Assembly: GCA_018653485.1 (NCBI GenBank)
Contig: JABHZE010000006.1
Span: 262,937 to 326,936 of the forward strand
Length of the DNA: 64,000 nucleotides
Direction: 5' to 3'
From: an archaeon
Lineage (GTDB): Archaea; Nanobdellota; Nanobdellia; Pacearchaeales; GW2011-AR1
Both the position numbers and the translations under genes were made by a program. Below the pieces are notes generated by a model that saw only the letters and a program-made list of their open reading frames with translations, was not told the DNA's origin and ran no database searches. Position 1 is the first letter of the stretch, and the number at the start of each line of letters is the position of its first letter. This document shows positions 44,745 through 52,565 of this stretch, piece after piece.

Positions 44745-46409
44745 ATGAAAATAGCATTTATCTTAATTATCTCATTTGTAATTGTAGCAGTACTTGGTAG
44801 TATTGGTGGAAGTTATTATTTTTATTTGGAATCTGGAGATTTATTAGAGCATCAGGTTATAAATCATTTAGATTCTGTTGCACAAGGAATGGAAAACTCT
44901 ATTAATGGTTTTTTAGAAGAGCAAATTGATAAGTTGAATATCGTTGCAACACATGGAGAACTTTCAGTTGAAGAATTAATTGAGATAAGGGATTTGCAGG
45001 ATGAATTTTATGAGGTTTTTGTTTTAGATTCTAAGGGGATTATTATTGCAAGTTCGGATGTTTCAAAAATTGGTTTAGATAGGGCTGAGGATGATTATTT
45101 TATTGGAGGAATAAAAGGAGATCATATTAAAACAGCTTATTTTTCAGATATAACTTTTATAGAATCAATTGCGGTTTCTACTCCTTATAATGGAGGAGTT
45201 TTAGTTGCAAGAATTGAATTAGAAGCATTTAATAAATTAATTTCGGATAGGACTGGATTAGGTGAAACAGGAGAGAGTTTATTAGGTTATAAGGGTGATG
45301 ATGGAGAAGCTGTTTTTTTTACTGAGTTGAAATTTGAGGTAGGTCCTGATGGACATGAAGCAGAACATGTAACCTTACCTATAGAGGAAGCATTAGATGG
45401 GAAGGAAGAAATATTTTTTGAATATGATTATCGTCATGTGCCTGTAATTGCTGCAACAAGATATATTGAGGATGTAGATATGGGGCTTGTTACTAAAATT
45501 GATGAAGCAGAGGCATTAGGTATTGCTAGGAATAGATTATTTAGAACTTCTTTGATTGTGATAATTATAATTACTTTGATTATTACTTTAGTTGGTTTTT
45601 TTGTTTCGCGTTTAATTTCAAAACCTATTAAGAAATTAACACAAGATGTTGACGAAATAACAAAAGGTAAATTAGATCTTCAATTAGGTAAGAGTAATCT
45701 TTTTGAAATTCAAGGATTAGTTAATTCATTGAATCGGATTTTAGCTTCATTAAAGCTGGCTATTTTGAAAACAGGTTCTGCAAAGGGATCGTTAGGTTTA
45801 GGGGAGGTTGTTAAGGCTAAACAAGAGGCTGAAGAGAAATATAAGATTCTTTATGAAACTTCACAGGATGCAATTATGATATTAGAGCCTCCTAAATGGA
45901 ATTTTACTGCGGGAAATCCTGCAACTGTTAAAATGTTTGGTGCTAAGGATGAGAAAGATTTTATTTCCTATGGTCCTGGAAAATTATCTCCTAAAAATCA
46001 GTTGAATGGGAAATTATCTTCTGAAGAAGCTAAGAAAATGATTGGTATTGCTATGAAAAAAGGAAGTTATTCTTTTTATTGGACTCATAAAAAAATTAAT
46101 GGTAAAAGTTTTTATGCAAGTGTTTTGTTAACTAAGATGAAATTAAATGGTAAAGATGTTTTACAAGCAACTGTTCGGGATTTATCAGGGAAGAAAGGAG
46201 AGGGGGAGAAACAAGTTCTTGCCAAGAAATCTGAAGGTAAGGTTGTTAATAAATTGGTTAAGAGTGTTAAGAAAGATATGGTTAGTGGAAATAAAAAAAA
46301 TAAAGAAGAGGTGAAGAAAAAAAATATTAAAAAGGAATTAGTTCCTCCAAGTCCTGTTTCTAAGTCTGTTATTAAAAAAAATGTTGATAAGGAAGAGGTG
46401 AAAAAATAA
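44745..46409 (+). CDS. membrane sensor: Cache-like domain + HAMP + PAS, no recognisable output domain
   Basis: 554 aa. Layout is TM, a ~250-aa extracytoplasmic domain, TM, HAMP (ISKPIKKLTQDVDEITKGKLDLQL...LVNSLNRILASLK), then PAS (YKILYETSQDAIMILEP...LQATVRDLSGKK). It ends in a Lys-rich tail with no HisKA, HATPase, GGDEF or MCP signalling domain. Confidence 0.8.
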   Translation: MKIAFILIISFVIVAVLGSIGGSYYFYLESGDLLEHQVINHLDSVAQGMENSINGFLEEQIDKLNIVATHGELSVEELIEIRDLQDEFYEVFVLDSKGIIIASSDVSKIGLDRAEDDYFIGGIKGDHIKTAYFSDITFIESIAVSTPYNGGVLVARIELEAFNKLISDRTGLGETGESLLGYKGDDGEAVFFTELKFEVGPDGHEAEHVTLPIEEALDGKEEIFFEYDYRHVPVIAATRYIEDVDMGLVTKIDEAEALGIARNRLFRTSLIVIIIITLIITLVGFFVSRLISKPIKKLTQDVDEITKGKLDLQLGKSNLFEIQGLVNSLNRILASLKLAILKTGSAKGSLGLGEVVKAKQEAEEKYKILYETSQDAIMILEPPKWNFTAGNPATVKMFGAKDEKDFISYGPGKLSPKNQLNGKLSSEEAKKMIGIAMKKGSYSFYWTHKKINGKSFYASVLLTKMKLNGKDVLQATVRDLSGKKGEGEKQVLAKKSEGKVVNKLVKSVKKDMVSGNKKNKEEVKKKNIKKELVPPSPVSKSVIKKNVDKEEVKK

Positions 46410-46810
46410 TGGTATTTATGGAATGGAGTGATGAATTAAGTGTCAAAGTTAAAGAAATTGATGAACAACATAAAGAGTTGATTGAGATTATCAATCAAGC
46501 TCATAAGATTAATATGGGAGAGGATAAGAAAAAAGGAAATGAGATTTTAAATAAATTAATTGAATTTACTCGAGTGCATTTTACTACTGAAGAAAAATAC
46601 TTTAAAAAATGTAAATATCCTAAGAGTGAAGAACATATTGTAGAACATGTTGAATTAATTGAAAAAGTTTTGAAATTTAAAAGAGATTATGAAATTGGGA
46701 AGTGTAATTGTGAAGAGTTTTTAGGGTTTCTTAAGGATTGGTTGGAAAATCATTTGAAAGTTATGGATATGAAGTATGTTGATAATTTTCAAAAATGTGG
46801 GTTGAAGTAA
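46409..46810 (+). CDS. bacteriohemerythrin-like protein
   Basis: MEWSDELSVKVKEIDEQHKELIEIIN...HFTTEEKYF...EEHIVEH...WLENHLKVMDMKY contains all the His/Glu/Asp di-iron ligand positions. Its ATG overlaps the upstream stop (TAATG). Confidence 0.85.
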   Translation: MVFMEWSDELSVKVKEIDEQHKELIEIINQAHKINMGEDKKKGNEILNKLIEFTRVHFTTEEKYFKKCKYPKSEEHIVEHVELIEKVLKFKRDYEIGKCNCEEFLGFLKDWLENHLKVMDMKYVDNFQKCGLK

Positions 46811-46895
46811 TGTTTTGATTTGGGTTTTTGATAAGACATGTTTGAGAAGGGAGTTAGTTAAAAAATAGGTTCGCTATGCTCACACTTATTTTATG

Positions 46896-46927
46896 GAAAA
46901 TTGAATGACTTTGTTAATTCAATTTTC
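46896..46927 (+). promoter_or_regulatory. perfect 11-bp inverted repeat between the hemerythrin and hemerythrin-KaiC genes
   Basis: gaaaattgaat-N10-attcaattttc. It could be a terminator hairpin or an operator. Confidence 0.4.
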
Positions 46928-47058
46928 TAATTCTTCTAATAAATCTATAAATTTTTTATTTAAGTTATAGAGAAAGAATTGTTATTATTGGGTAGAGCTG
47001 TATTTTGTTTTTTTGTGAGGCATAAGATAGATTTAAATAATATTTTTTTCTTATTTTA

Positions 47059-48690
47059 ATGGGTGATGATTATATGGTTAGAAAAAAGAAAGTGAAAAGA
47101 AAAAAGAGTGTAGAAAAGAAGAAGGATACTAAGAAGGAGAAGGCTGAGAAGAAGAAGGTTGAGGAGAAGGCTGAGAAGAAGGTTGAGAGGAAGGCTGAGA
47201 AGGAGAAAGTGGATAAGAGAAAAAAGAATGTGAAGAAAAAGAAGAATTCTAAGGAAAAGGTTGAGAGGGTTGGAAAAGTTGATGAAGTAAGAAAAGTTGA
47301 AAATAATTCTAAGAAAAAAGATTCTAAAGAAATAGTTAGTTGGAGTTCTGCATTAAGTGTTGGTGAGAAAACAATTGATAGTCAACATAAGAAATTGATT
47401 GGGCAGATTGAAGAGTTAGAAAAGAATTTGAAGGAAGATAATTCTCTGCCTGGAGTTAGGAAGTGTATTCATTTTTTAGATAGTTATGTTAAGGAACATT
47501 TTACCTATGAAGAAGCTTATATGAAAAAAAATAAATATTCGGGTTTAGAAGAACATAAGAGAATTCATAATGAATTTATTAAATTTTATGAGGAGTTTAA
47601 AAAAGAATTAACTCTAAAGCTGACTAAGGTTGTAGATGCAAAATCTTTTGCAAAAGAACATGTGAAAAAGGTTCACGAGTTTTTAGGTAATTGGATTATT
47701 GAACATATTAAAGGAGAGGATAAGAAATATTGTGAAGAGATTAACCCTAAAAAATGTGGTAAATTGGATAAAGAGGTTATTAAAAATAAAGATGTTGCTG
47801 AAAAGCCAATAAAAGAAAAGAAAAAAGGTAAAATAGATGTTTCTGAGATTGCTAAAGAAATTAAGGAAGAACAAATTAAAGAACAGAGAGAACCTGTTAG
47901 TGACTTGGCTAATGAGGGGAAGGATAAGAAAATAAAAAAAGGTTCTGGAAGATATGTTGTTACTGGTGTGCCTGGGTTTGATGATTTATTAGAACAAGGA
48001 ATTCCTAAAGGAAATGCTCTTTTAATTGCATGTGGTGCTGGAAGTGGAAAGACTATTTTTAGTTTGCAATCTCTTGTGCATCAGGCTAAAAAGGGTAAGA
48101 AATGTTTGTATATGAGTTTTGAAGAAAGAGAGAGTAGGTTGATTTCTCATATGGAAGATTTTGGATGGAATCCTAAAGAGTTAATTGAGAAAGGAAATTT
48201 AAAAATTATGAGGATAAATCCTTTTGATATTACGAGAAATGTTGATGCCTTATTGGCTAAACAAAAGGGAGAATTATTAATTGAGATAGACCCTGTGATT
48301 ATTCCTAAGGATTTTAAGCCTGATTTTATTGCTCTTGATAGTTTAACTGCTATTGCTAGTGCTTTTACTGGGAAAGAAGAAAATTATAGAATTTATATTG
48401 AACAATTATTTAGATTTTTTGAAAAAATTGGGGCTACAAGTTTTTTGATTACAGAGACTGAACAAATACCTAAGATATTTAGTAAGACTGGTGTTGAAGA
48501 GTTTTTAGCAGATGGTGTAATTGTGTTTTATAATTTAAAGCATGGAAATGTTAGAGAGAATGCTATTGAGATTTTGAAACTAAGAGGGGCTGCACATCAG
48601 AAAAAAATTGTTGCAATGCAGATTACTGGTAAGGGAATAATGGTTTATCCTGAACAGGAAGTTTTTTCAGAGATTTCTGAGAGTGGGTGA
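47059..48690 (+). CDS. Lys-rich repeat + bacteriohemerythrin domain + KaiC-like (RecA-superfamily) ATPase fusion protein
   Basis: 543 aa. About 90 aa of KKKVEEKAEKK-type repeats come first. Then hemerythrin (WSSALSVGEKTIDSQHKKLI...EHFTYEEAYM...EEHKRIHNEF...WIIEHIKGEDKKY). Then KaiC-like GVPGFDDLLEQGIPKGNALLIACGAGSGKT (Walker A), FIALDSLTAI (Walker B) and ILKLRGAAH. Confidence 0.85.
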   Translation: MGDDYMVRKKKVKRKKSVEKKKDTKKEKAEKKKVEEKAEKKVERKAEKEKVDKRKKNVKKKKNSKEKVERVGKVDEVRKVENNSKKKDSKEIVSWSSALSVGEKTIDSQHKKLIGQIEELEKNLKEDNSLPGVRKCIHFLDSYVKEHFTYEEAYMKKNKYSGLEEHKRIHNEFIKFYEEFKKELTLKLTKVVDAKSFAKEHVKKVHEFLGNWIIEHIKGEDKKYCEEINPKKCGKLDKEVIKNKDVAEKPIKEKKKGKIDVSEIAKEIKEEQIKEQREPVSDLANEGKDKKIKKGSGRYVVTGVPGFDDLLEQGIPKGNALLIACGAGSGKTIFSLQSLVHQAKKGKKCLYMSFEERESRLISHMEDFGWNPKELIEKGNLKIMRINPFDITRNVDALLAKQKGELLIEIDPVIIPKDFKPDFIALDSLTAIASAFTGKEENYRIYIEQLFRFFEKIGATSFLITETEQIPKIFSKTGVEEFLADGVIVFYNLKHGNVRENAIEILKLRGAAHQKKIVAMQITGKGIMVYPEQEVFSEISESG

Positions 48691-48702
48691 TAGGGGGTTA
48701 AA

Positions 48703-49221
48703 ATGAAACATAAACTTGTATTTTTATTAGGGCATGAGGGTTATCTTAAAGAAATAAGAGAAATTATTAAAAAAAAGGGAAGTAAGATTTGTTATATAAC
48801 TTTGAATAAGAGTTGTGAGTATTTGAATGGGAAATTAAATGTTAGTAATTTTGATGAGGATAAATTTTATTTTATTGATGGTGTTTCTCCTATAATTAAA
48901 AAGCCTGGAGATGTTGGAAATTGTGATTTTGTCAAAATGTCTGATGGTTTTACTAAATTAATCGGTTATGTTAAAAAGGGTTTGAAAAATGGGGCAAATG
49001 TAGTTGTTTTAGATTCTGTATCTAATGTTTTGACATATCATTCTTCTACAAAAGGAACTTGTTCTTTTATAGATAGACTTTCAAAACTTGTTGAAAAACA
49101 TAATGCTACTTTAGTTGTTTTTTGTAATAAGAATGATGAAGAGAGAATTGCTAATGGGGTTTGCATTTCTAATTTTAAGGTTTATAAGAAACCTTTTGAG
49201 TTATTGGGGCATAGGGAATAA
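48703..49221 (+). CDS. KaiC/RecA-fold-like protein lacking a Walker A P-loop (paralog of 38860-39462)
   Basis: LVFLLGHEGYLKE sits at the P-loop position, KICYITLNK follows, and NVVVLDSVSNVL is Walker-B-like. Starts 12 nt after the hemerythrin-KaiC gene, with a gggggt SD-like motif. Confidence 0.6.
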   Translation: MKHKLVFLLGHEGYLKEIREIIKKKGSKICYITLNKSCEYLNGKLNVSNFDEDKFYFIDGVSPIIKKPGDVGNCDFVKMSDGFTKLIGYVKKGLKNGANVVVLDSVSNVLTYHSSTKGTCSFIDRLSKLVEKHNATLVVFCNKNDEERIANGVCISNFKVYKKPFELLGHRE

Positions 49222-49295
49222 GGGTTTTGTTGAGTAATGTGGAGTAGATTTTAGGATTGTTTTTTATTAATTATTATCTAGAATATAGTGATATC

Positions 49296-49355
49296 TTTCT
49301 GTATTTCTATGGAAGTATAAAGAAGTATATAGAATTCTACAGAAATGTTTAAAAA
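49296..49355 (+). promoter_or_regulatory. operator-like repeats plus shared promoter core upstream of the RHH gene at 49396
   Basis: Inverted repeat tttctgta (49296-49303) / tacagaaa (49338-49345) brackets two gaagtata direct repeats spaced 10 nt apart (49312-49319, 49322-49329). agaaatgtttaaaaa (49341-49355) is identical to the core of 37458-37488. Confidence 0.45.
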
Positions 49356-49395
49356 GGAAAATTACTTAGAATAATTGTAGCTTGGAGTTTAAAAA

Positions 49396-49542
49396 ATGCA
49401 AAAAAAGGTGACCTTAAGTATCGACGATGAAGTCTATGGAAATTTTCAAAAATTTTGTGAAGAGAATGATGTAATGCTTTCTAAGAGAGTTGAAAGATTG
49501 ATTAAAAAACATTTAGAGGAGGGTGAGAAAAATGATAAATGA
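49396..49542 (+). CDS. ribbon-helix-helix (CopG-like) protein, 48 aa
   Basis: Below the ORF-track cutoff. MQKKVTLSIDDEVYGNFQKFCEENDVMLSKRVERLIKKHLEEGEKNDK has the classic RHH beta-strand (VTLSID) plus two helices. It overlaps the next ORF's start. Confidence 0.5.
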   Translation: MQKKVTLSIDDEVYGNFQKFCEENDVMLSKRVERLIKKHLEEGEKNDK

Positions 49543-50185
49543 AATTTATCAAAATGTATTGTATTTTTTAGAATTAAGTTTTGATAAAAATGTTTTATGG
49601 ATAGTTTTTCCTTTGTTGATTGCAACAATAATTATGTTATTTTATTTTGAAAAATATAAGGATGAAAAACCTGGATGGAATACTCATGTTTCAAATTCAC
49701 TTGTTTTGTTATTTGTTGCTATGATTTTATTTAGACAGATTTATAATATTGATGGGTTGGGAATGATTAATTTTGTTGAGAATATAAGTAAATTTGTTGT
49801 ATCTTTAGTTATATTGTTGATAGGAATTATAATTTTGTTTTTGAATTTTGAACATTTTCTTCCTGAAAAAATAGCAAGATATGTGAGTTCTCCTTTAACA
49901 TTAAATTTAATTGCTTATGTTGTAATTCTTTATGTTTTTTCTGAGATACAAGATGGTTGGGGAATTTTTATTTCTCTTTTAATTATATTTGCTTTATTAA
50001 TTGTGATTTTAAATTTAATAAGAATTCCTTTGAGGAATTTATTTGAGTATATTAAGAAGATGAAAGAAAAAGAAAAAGTAGAGGAGATAAAAGGAGAGAA
50101 AAAACCAATTCATGAGAAGAAAAAAATGATTAAGAAAGAAGAGGTTTTGATTAGAAAAGAGAAGAAAGAAAAGGAAAAAAAGTAG
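49532..50185 (+). CDS. multi-pass membrane protein with Lys/Glu-rich tail
   Basis: About 217 aa from the ATG at 49532 (a GTG at 49523 is also possible). Five or six hydrophobic helices, then KKMKEKEKVEEIKGEKKP...KEKKEKEKK. Confidence 0.55.
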   Translation: MINEIYQNVLYFLELSFDKNVLWIVFPLLIATIIMLFYFEKYKDEKPGWNTHVSNSLVLLFVAMILFRQIYNIDGLGMINFVENISKFVVSLVILLIGIIILFLNFEHFLPEKIARYVSSPLTLNLIAYVVILYVFSEIQDGWGIFISLLIIFALLIVILNLIRIPLRNLFEYIKKMKEKEKVEEIKGEKKPIHEKKKMIKKEEVLIRKEKKEKEKK

Positions 50186-50276
50186 AAAAAAAGGTAAGAA
50201 AAAGAAATAGGTAAGCCAATATATTAAAAATAATTAATCTTACGGCAATGGGCTTTGTGTTAGCTTGTCCTTAGGG

Positions 50277-50519
50277 TTAATTGCTTGGATACTGCCCCTG
50301 TTTGCAGATATTACAACAATTCTGATTATTACTATTAGATTTATTAATATCATTTACAAATTCTTTTTCGCAACTACTACCCAACATTTCTTCAACAACC
50401 TCTTTTTCAACATCTTCATAGCCTACAAAATTTATACCGCAAATTCTACATTTTAACATTTTTAATTCTGAAAAAGTTATGTCTGAAACTTCGCCAAATT
50501 CAACAACTAAATCTTTCAT
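50277..50519 (-). CDS. small zinc-ribbon protein coupled to the integrase
   Basis: 80 aa with CRICG...CCNIC. Its start overlaps the integrase stop (ATGA). Confidence 0.5.
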   Translation of the reverse strand: MKDLVVEFGEVSDITFSELKMLKCRICGINFVGYEDVEKEVVEEMLGSSCEKEFVNDINKSNSNNQNCCNICKQGQYPSN

Positions 50520-51562
50520 TTTACAATCTCCATTTCTTTACTATAATCTTTTCTAATAAAATTGTCTTGAAGATTTAATAATACATCTTTATAATTATCA
50601 TTCATTAATGCGATTTCTTTTTTAAGATTTTCAATTTCTAATTCCATTTTGTTTTTTTCTGGTTCGGTTAATTCTTGAGTTGGAAAAAAATCTTTTAACA
50701 TACTTTCTTCAACATCATCGTCATCTAAATTATTATAAAATTGGGATGCCTTAGAATTATGCCCGGCGAATTTACAACTTAATTTTTCAGGCAAAGTTTT
50801 CTGAATATCGTATAATCGTGTATGCCGTAGTAAGTAAGGGAATATGTGCCTTATTTTAGCCTTTTCTGAAAGCCTTTTAAACATTTGAGTTATTACTCCG
50901 TCCCCCATAGGTTTTTCTTTATCGTGTTGAGAAGGGAAAACATAATCGTTATAGCCCCTATTCGCAAAACTATATTCATCTTTCCATCTCTTTAAATGAA
51001 GAATGCAATCTCTTACCGGAATATATCTTTCTTTTTGAGTTTTAGGCGAAACAATATGAATTCTACAAATATTTTTATTTTCATCAAAATTCAAGTCTTT
51101 CCATTTCAATATTCTAATTTCGCAAGGACGCAAAGCCCCTTCATACATTAAAGAAATTAAGGCTTTCCATTTTAGGTTATTCGCAATTCTAATCAAAGCT
51201 TCAAGTTCTTCGGGTTTTAGTAAGGTATTTTTATTTATTTTATCTTTATTTCTTAGTAAATCATCTGAAACAAGTCTAAAAGCTTCTTTAAGCCTCAAAT
51301 CTTCTAAATCTATTTTATTTTTATATTGTATTTTTAAAAATCTTTTAAAGATTTTCTTAGTGTCATTTTTAGTATGCAAAGAATAATCAGAATTATTTAG
51401 GTAGGCTAAATATTTTATAATGTCTGTAATAGTTAATTTTGTTAAATCTTTTTTTAGAAACTTCTTAATATTCTTTAAAGTGTTCTTAATTTTATAAATT
51501 CTTCTTTCTCCGCAAGTCGTAGAGCAGAACTCGTAAAATTCATTAAGCTGTTTTTTTTCCAT
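50516..51562 (-). CDS. tyrosine recombinase/integrase (XerC/D-phage integrase family)
   Basis: 348 aa. N-terminal SAM-like domain, then the catalytic pattern LMYEGALRPCEI (Arg), HIFPYLLRHTRLYD (His-x-x-Arg) and AGHNSKASQFY (His...Tyr). The gene faces the 3' end of tRNA-Glu 58 nt away. Confidence 0.85.
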   Translation of the reverse strand: MEKKQLNEFYEFCSTTCGERRIYKIKNTLKNIKKFLKKDLTKLTITDIIKYLAYLNNSDYSLHTKNDTKKIFKRFLKIQYKNKIDLEDLRLKEAFRLVSDDLLRNKDKINKNTLLKPEELEALIRIANNLKWKALISLMYEGALRPCEIRILKWKDLNFDENKNICRIHIVSPKTQKERYIPVRDCILHLKRWKDEYSFANRGYNDYVFPSQHDKEKPMGDGVITQMFKRLSEKAKIRHIFPYLLRHTRLYDIQKTLPEKLSCKFAGHNSKASQFYNNLDDDDVEESMLKDFFPTQELTEPEKNKMELEIENLKKEIALMNDNYKDVLLNLQDNFIRKDYSKEMEIVK

Positions 51563-51619
51563 AAATTTCTGTTAATTTAAGGATTTTTAAAGGTTTAGGG
51601 CTTTTTTATCTTTCGTAAA

Positions 51620-51692
51620 TGCCCCGACCGGGATTCGAACCCGGGTCACGGCCTTGAAAGGGCCGGATGCTTGGCCGCTGCACTATCGGGGC
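51620..51692 (-). tRNA. tRNA-Glu(UUC)
   Basis: Reverse complement gccccga-ta-gtgc-agcggccaa-gcat-c-cggcc-ctTTCaa-ggccg-tgac-ccggg-ttcgaat-cccgg-tcggggc-a. Confidence 0.9.
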
Positions 51693-51777
51693 CTATTAAT
51701 TATTAGAATTAATAACTAATATAAAATTTAAAGATAAATTTGGTTTTTAAAGTTGTTGGTTTGTTGGATGAAGAGAT

Positions 51778-52125
51778 TTAAAGGTCTATTTTTTCAGCCC
51801 AATAACTTACTATTGGGATGTTCTTTTTCTCTCCTGAAAGTGCATATATCCAGGATAATAACCATATTATAAAAATTAAGATTTTAAGTGCAAAGGAAAT
51901 TAATCCTCCCATTAATGAGATCCAGAAAATAAATTTTAAAATTATTCCTGAGATGGTGCCTATGACGAATATAACTAAAGATTGTTTTGCATAAAACATT
52001 ACATATTTGTTTTTTGGTTTTACAATTAAGGCTATTACAAATCCTATTATACTTAGGAAAGTTGCTAAGAATGCAAATACTATTTTGTCATTGTTTTGGT
52101 TTGATTTTTTATTTGTTTTTGCCAT
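51778..52125 (-). CDS. small 3-TM membrane protein (DUF4870-like)
   Basis: 115 aa. FAFLATFLSIIGFVIALIV...YAKQSLVIFVI resembles DUF4870-type proteins. Confidence 0.5.
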   Translation of the reverse strand: MAKTNKKSNQNNDKIVFAFLATFLSIIGFVIALIVKPKNKYVMFYAKQSLVIFVIGTISGIILKFIFWISLMGGLISFALKILIFIIWLLSWIYALSGEKKNIPIVSYWAEKIDL

Positions 52126-52369
52126 TTTGTGATTCTGCTATTAGTTTAATTCCAGTTACAATCCCCCATATCCAGGCTGTGAAGATAAGGACAATTCCTA
52201 GGAATATTAATATTAAGGGAATACCTATTATAAATAATACTATTTGCCAGATTCCTTCTTTTGGTTTTTTACCAATTATTGAACCTATTCCAGGGAGTAT
52301 TAAATTTATTAGTAATACTATAATTGCTATTGTTAATGTTGGTTTGGTTTGAGGTTTTTGTTTAGGCAT
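52109..52369 (-). CDS. small 2-3-TM membrane protein
   Basis: 86 aa with LPGIGSIIGKKPKEGIWQIVLFIIG. It overlaps the downstream ORF by 17 nt. Confidence 0.45.
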   Translation of the reverse strand: MPKQKPQTKPTLTIAIIVLLINLILPGIGSIIGKKPKEGIWQIVLFIIGIPLILIFLGIVLIFTAWIWGIVTGIKLIAESQNGKNK

Positions 52370-52565
52370 TTTGATGGTCTCTTAATTATTTGGAAGGTTA
52401 TGTTAATTAGAGGCTGTTTTGGTTTATAAGTTTTTTTGGAAGTATTGATAATTGATAAATTTTTTAGGTTGAGAGATATAATGAATCATACTTAGAGATT
52501 TGAATAAATTTTATATGAAAAAAGATTATAATAATCTATAAAAAGTATGTTTTGTTTAATTATTT

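Larger units (their letters stand above)
50277..51692 (-). mobile_element. integrase module abutting tRNA-Glu(UUC): end of a putative integrated element or genomic island
   Basis: The arrangement is tRNA 3' end, integrase, then a small coupled ORF. I could not find a second att copy by eye. Confidence 0.4.

Noticed and set aside
47090-47300. Short tandem repeats (gagaagaaggttgag / gaaggctgagaag units), examined as a possible CRISPR array or minisatellite.
   Set aside because: They are in-frame coding repeats (KKVEEKAEKK...) at the N-terminus of the hemerythrin-KaiC ORF. There is no regular repeat-spacer structure. No CRISPR array was seen anywhere in the window.
50516-51562. Alternative reading of the recombinase as the chromosomal XerA dimer-resolution enzyme rather than an element integrase.
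   Set aside because: This is not fully rejected. I favour an integrase because of the tRNA 3'-end adjacency, the coupled Zn-ribbon ORF, the long C-terminal coiled-coil tail and the accessory cargo next to it. It remains an explicit alternative in the finding.
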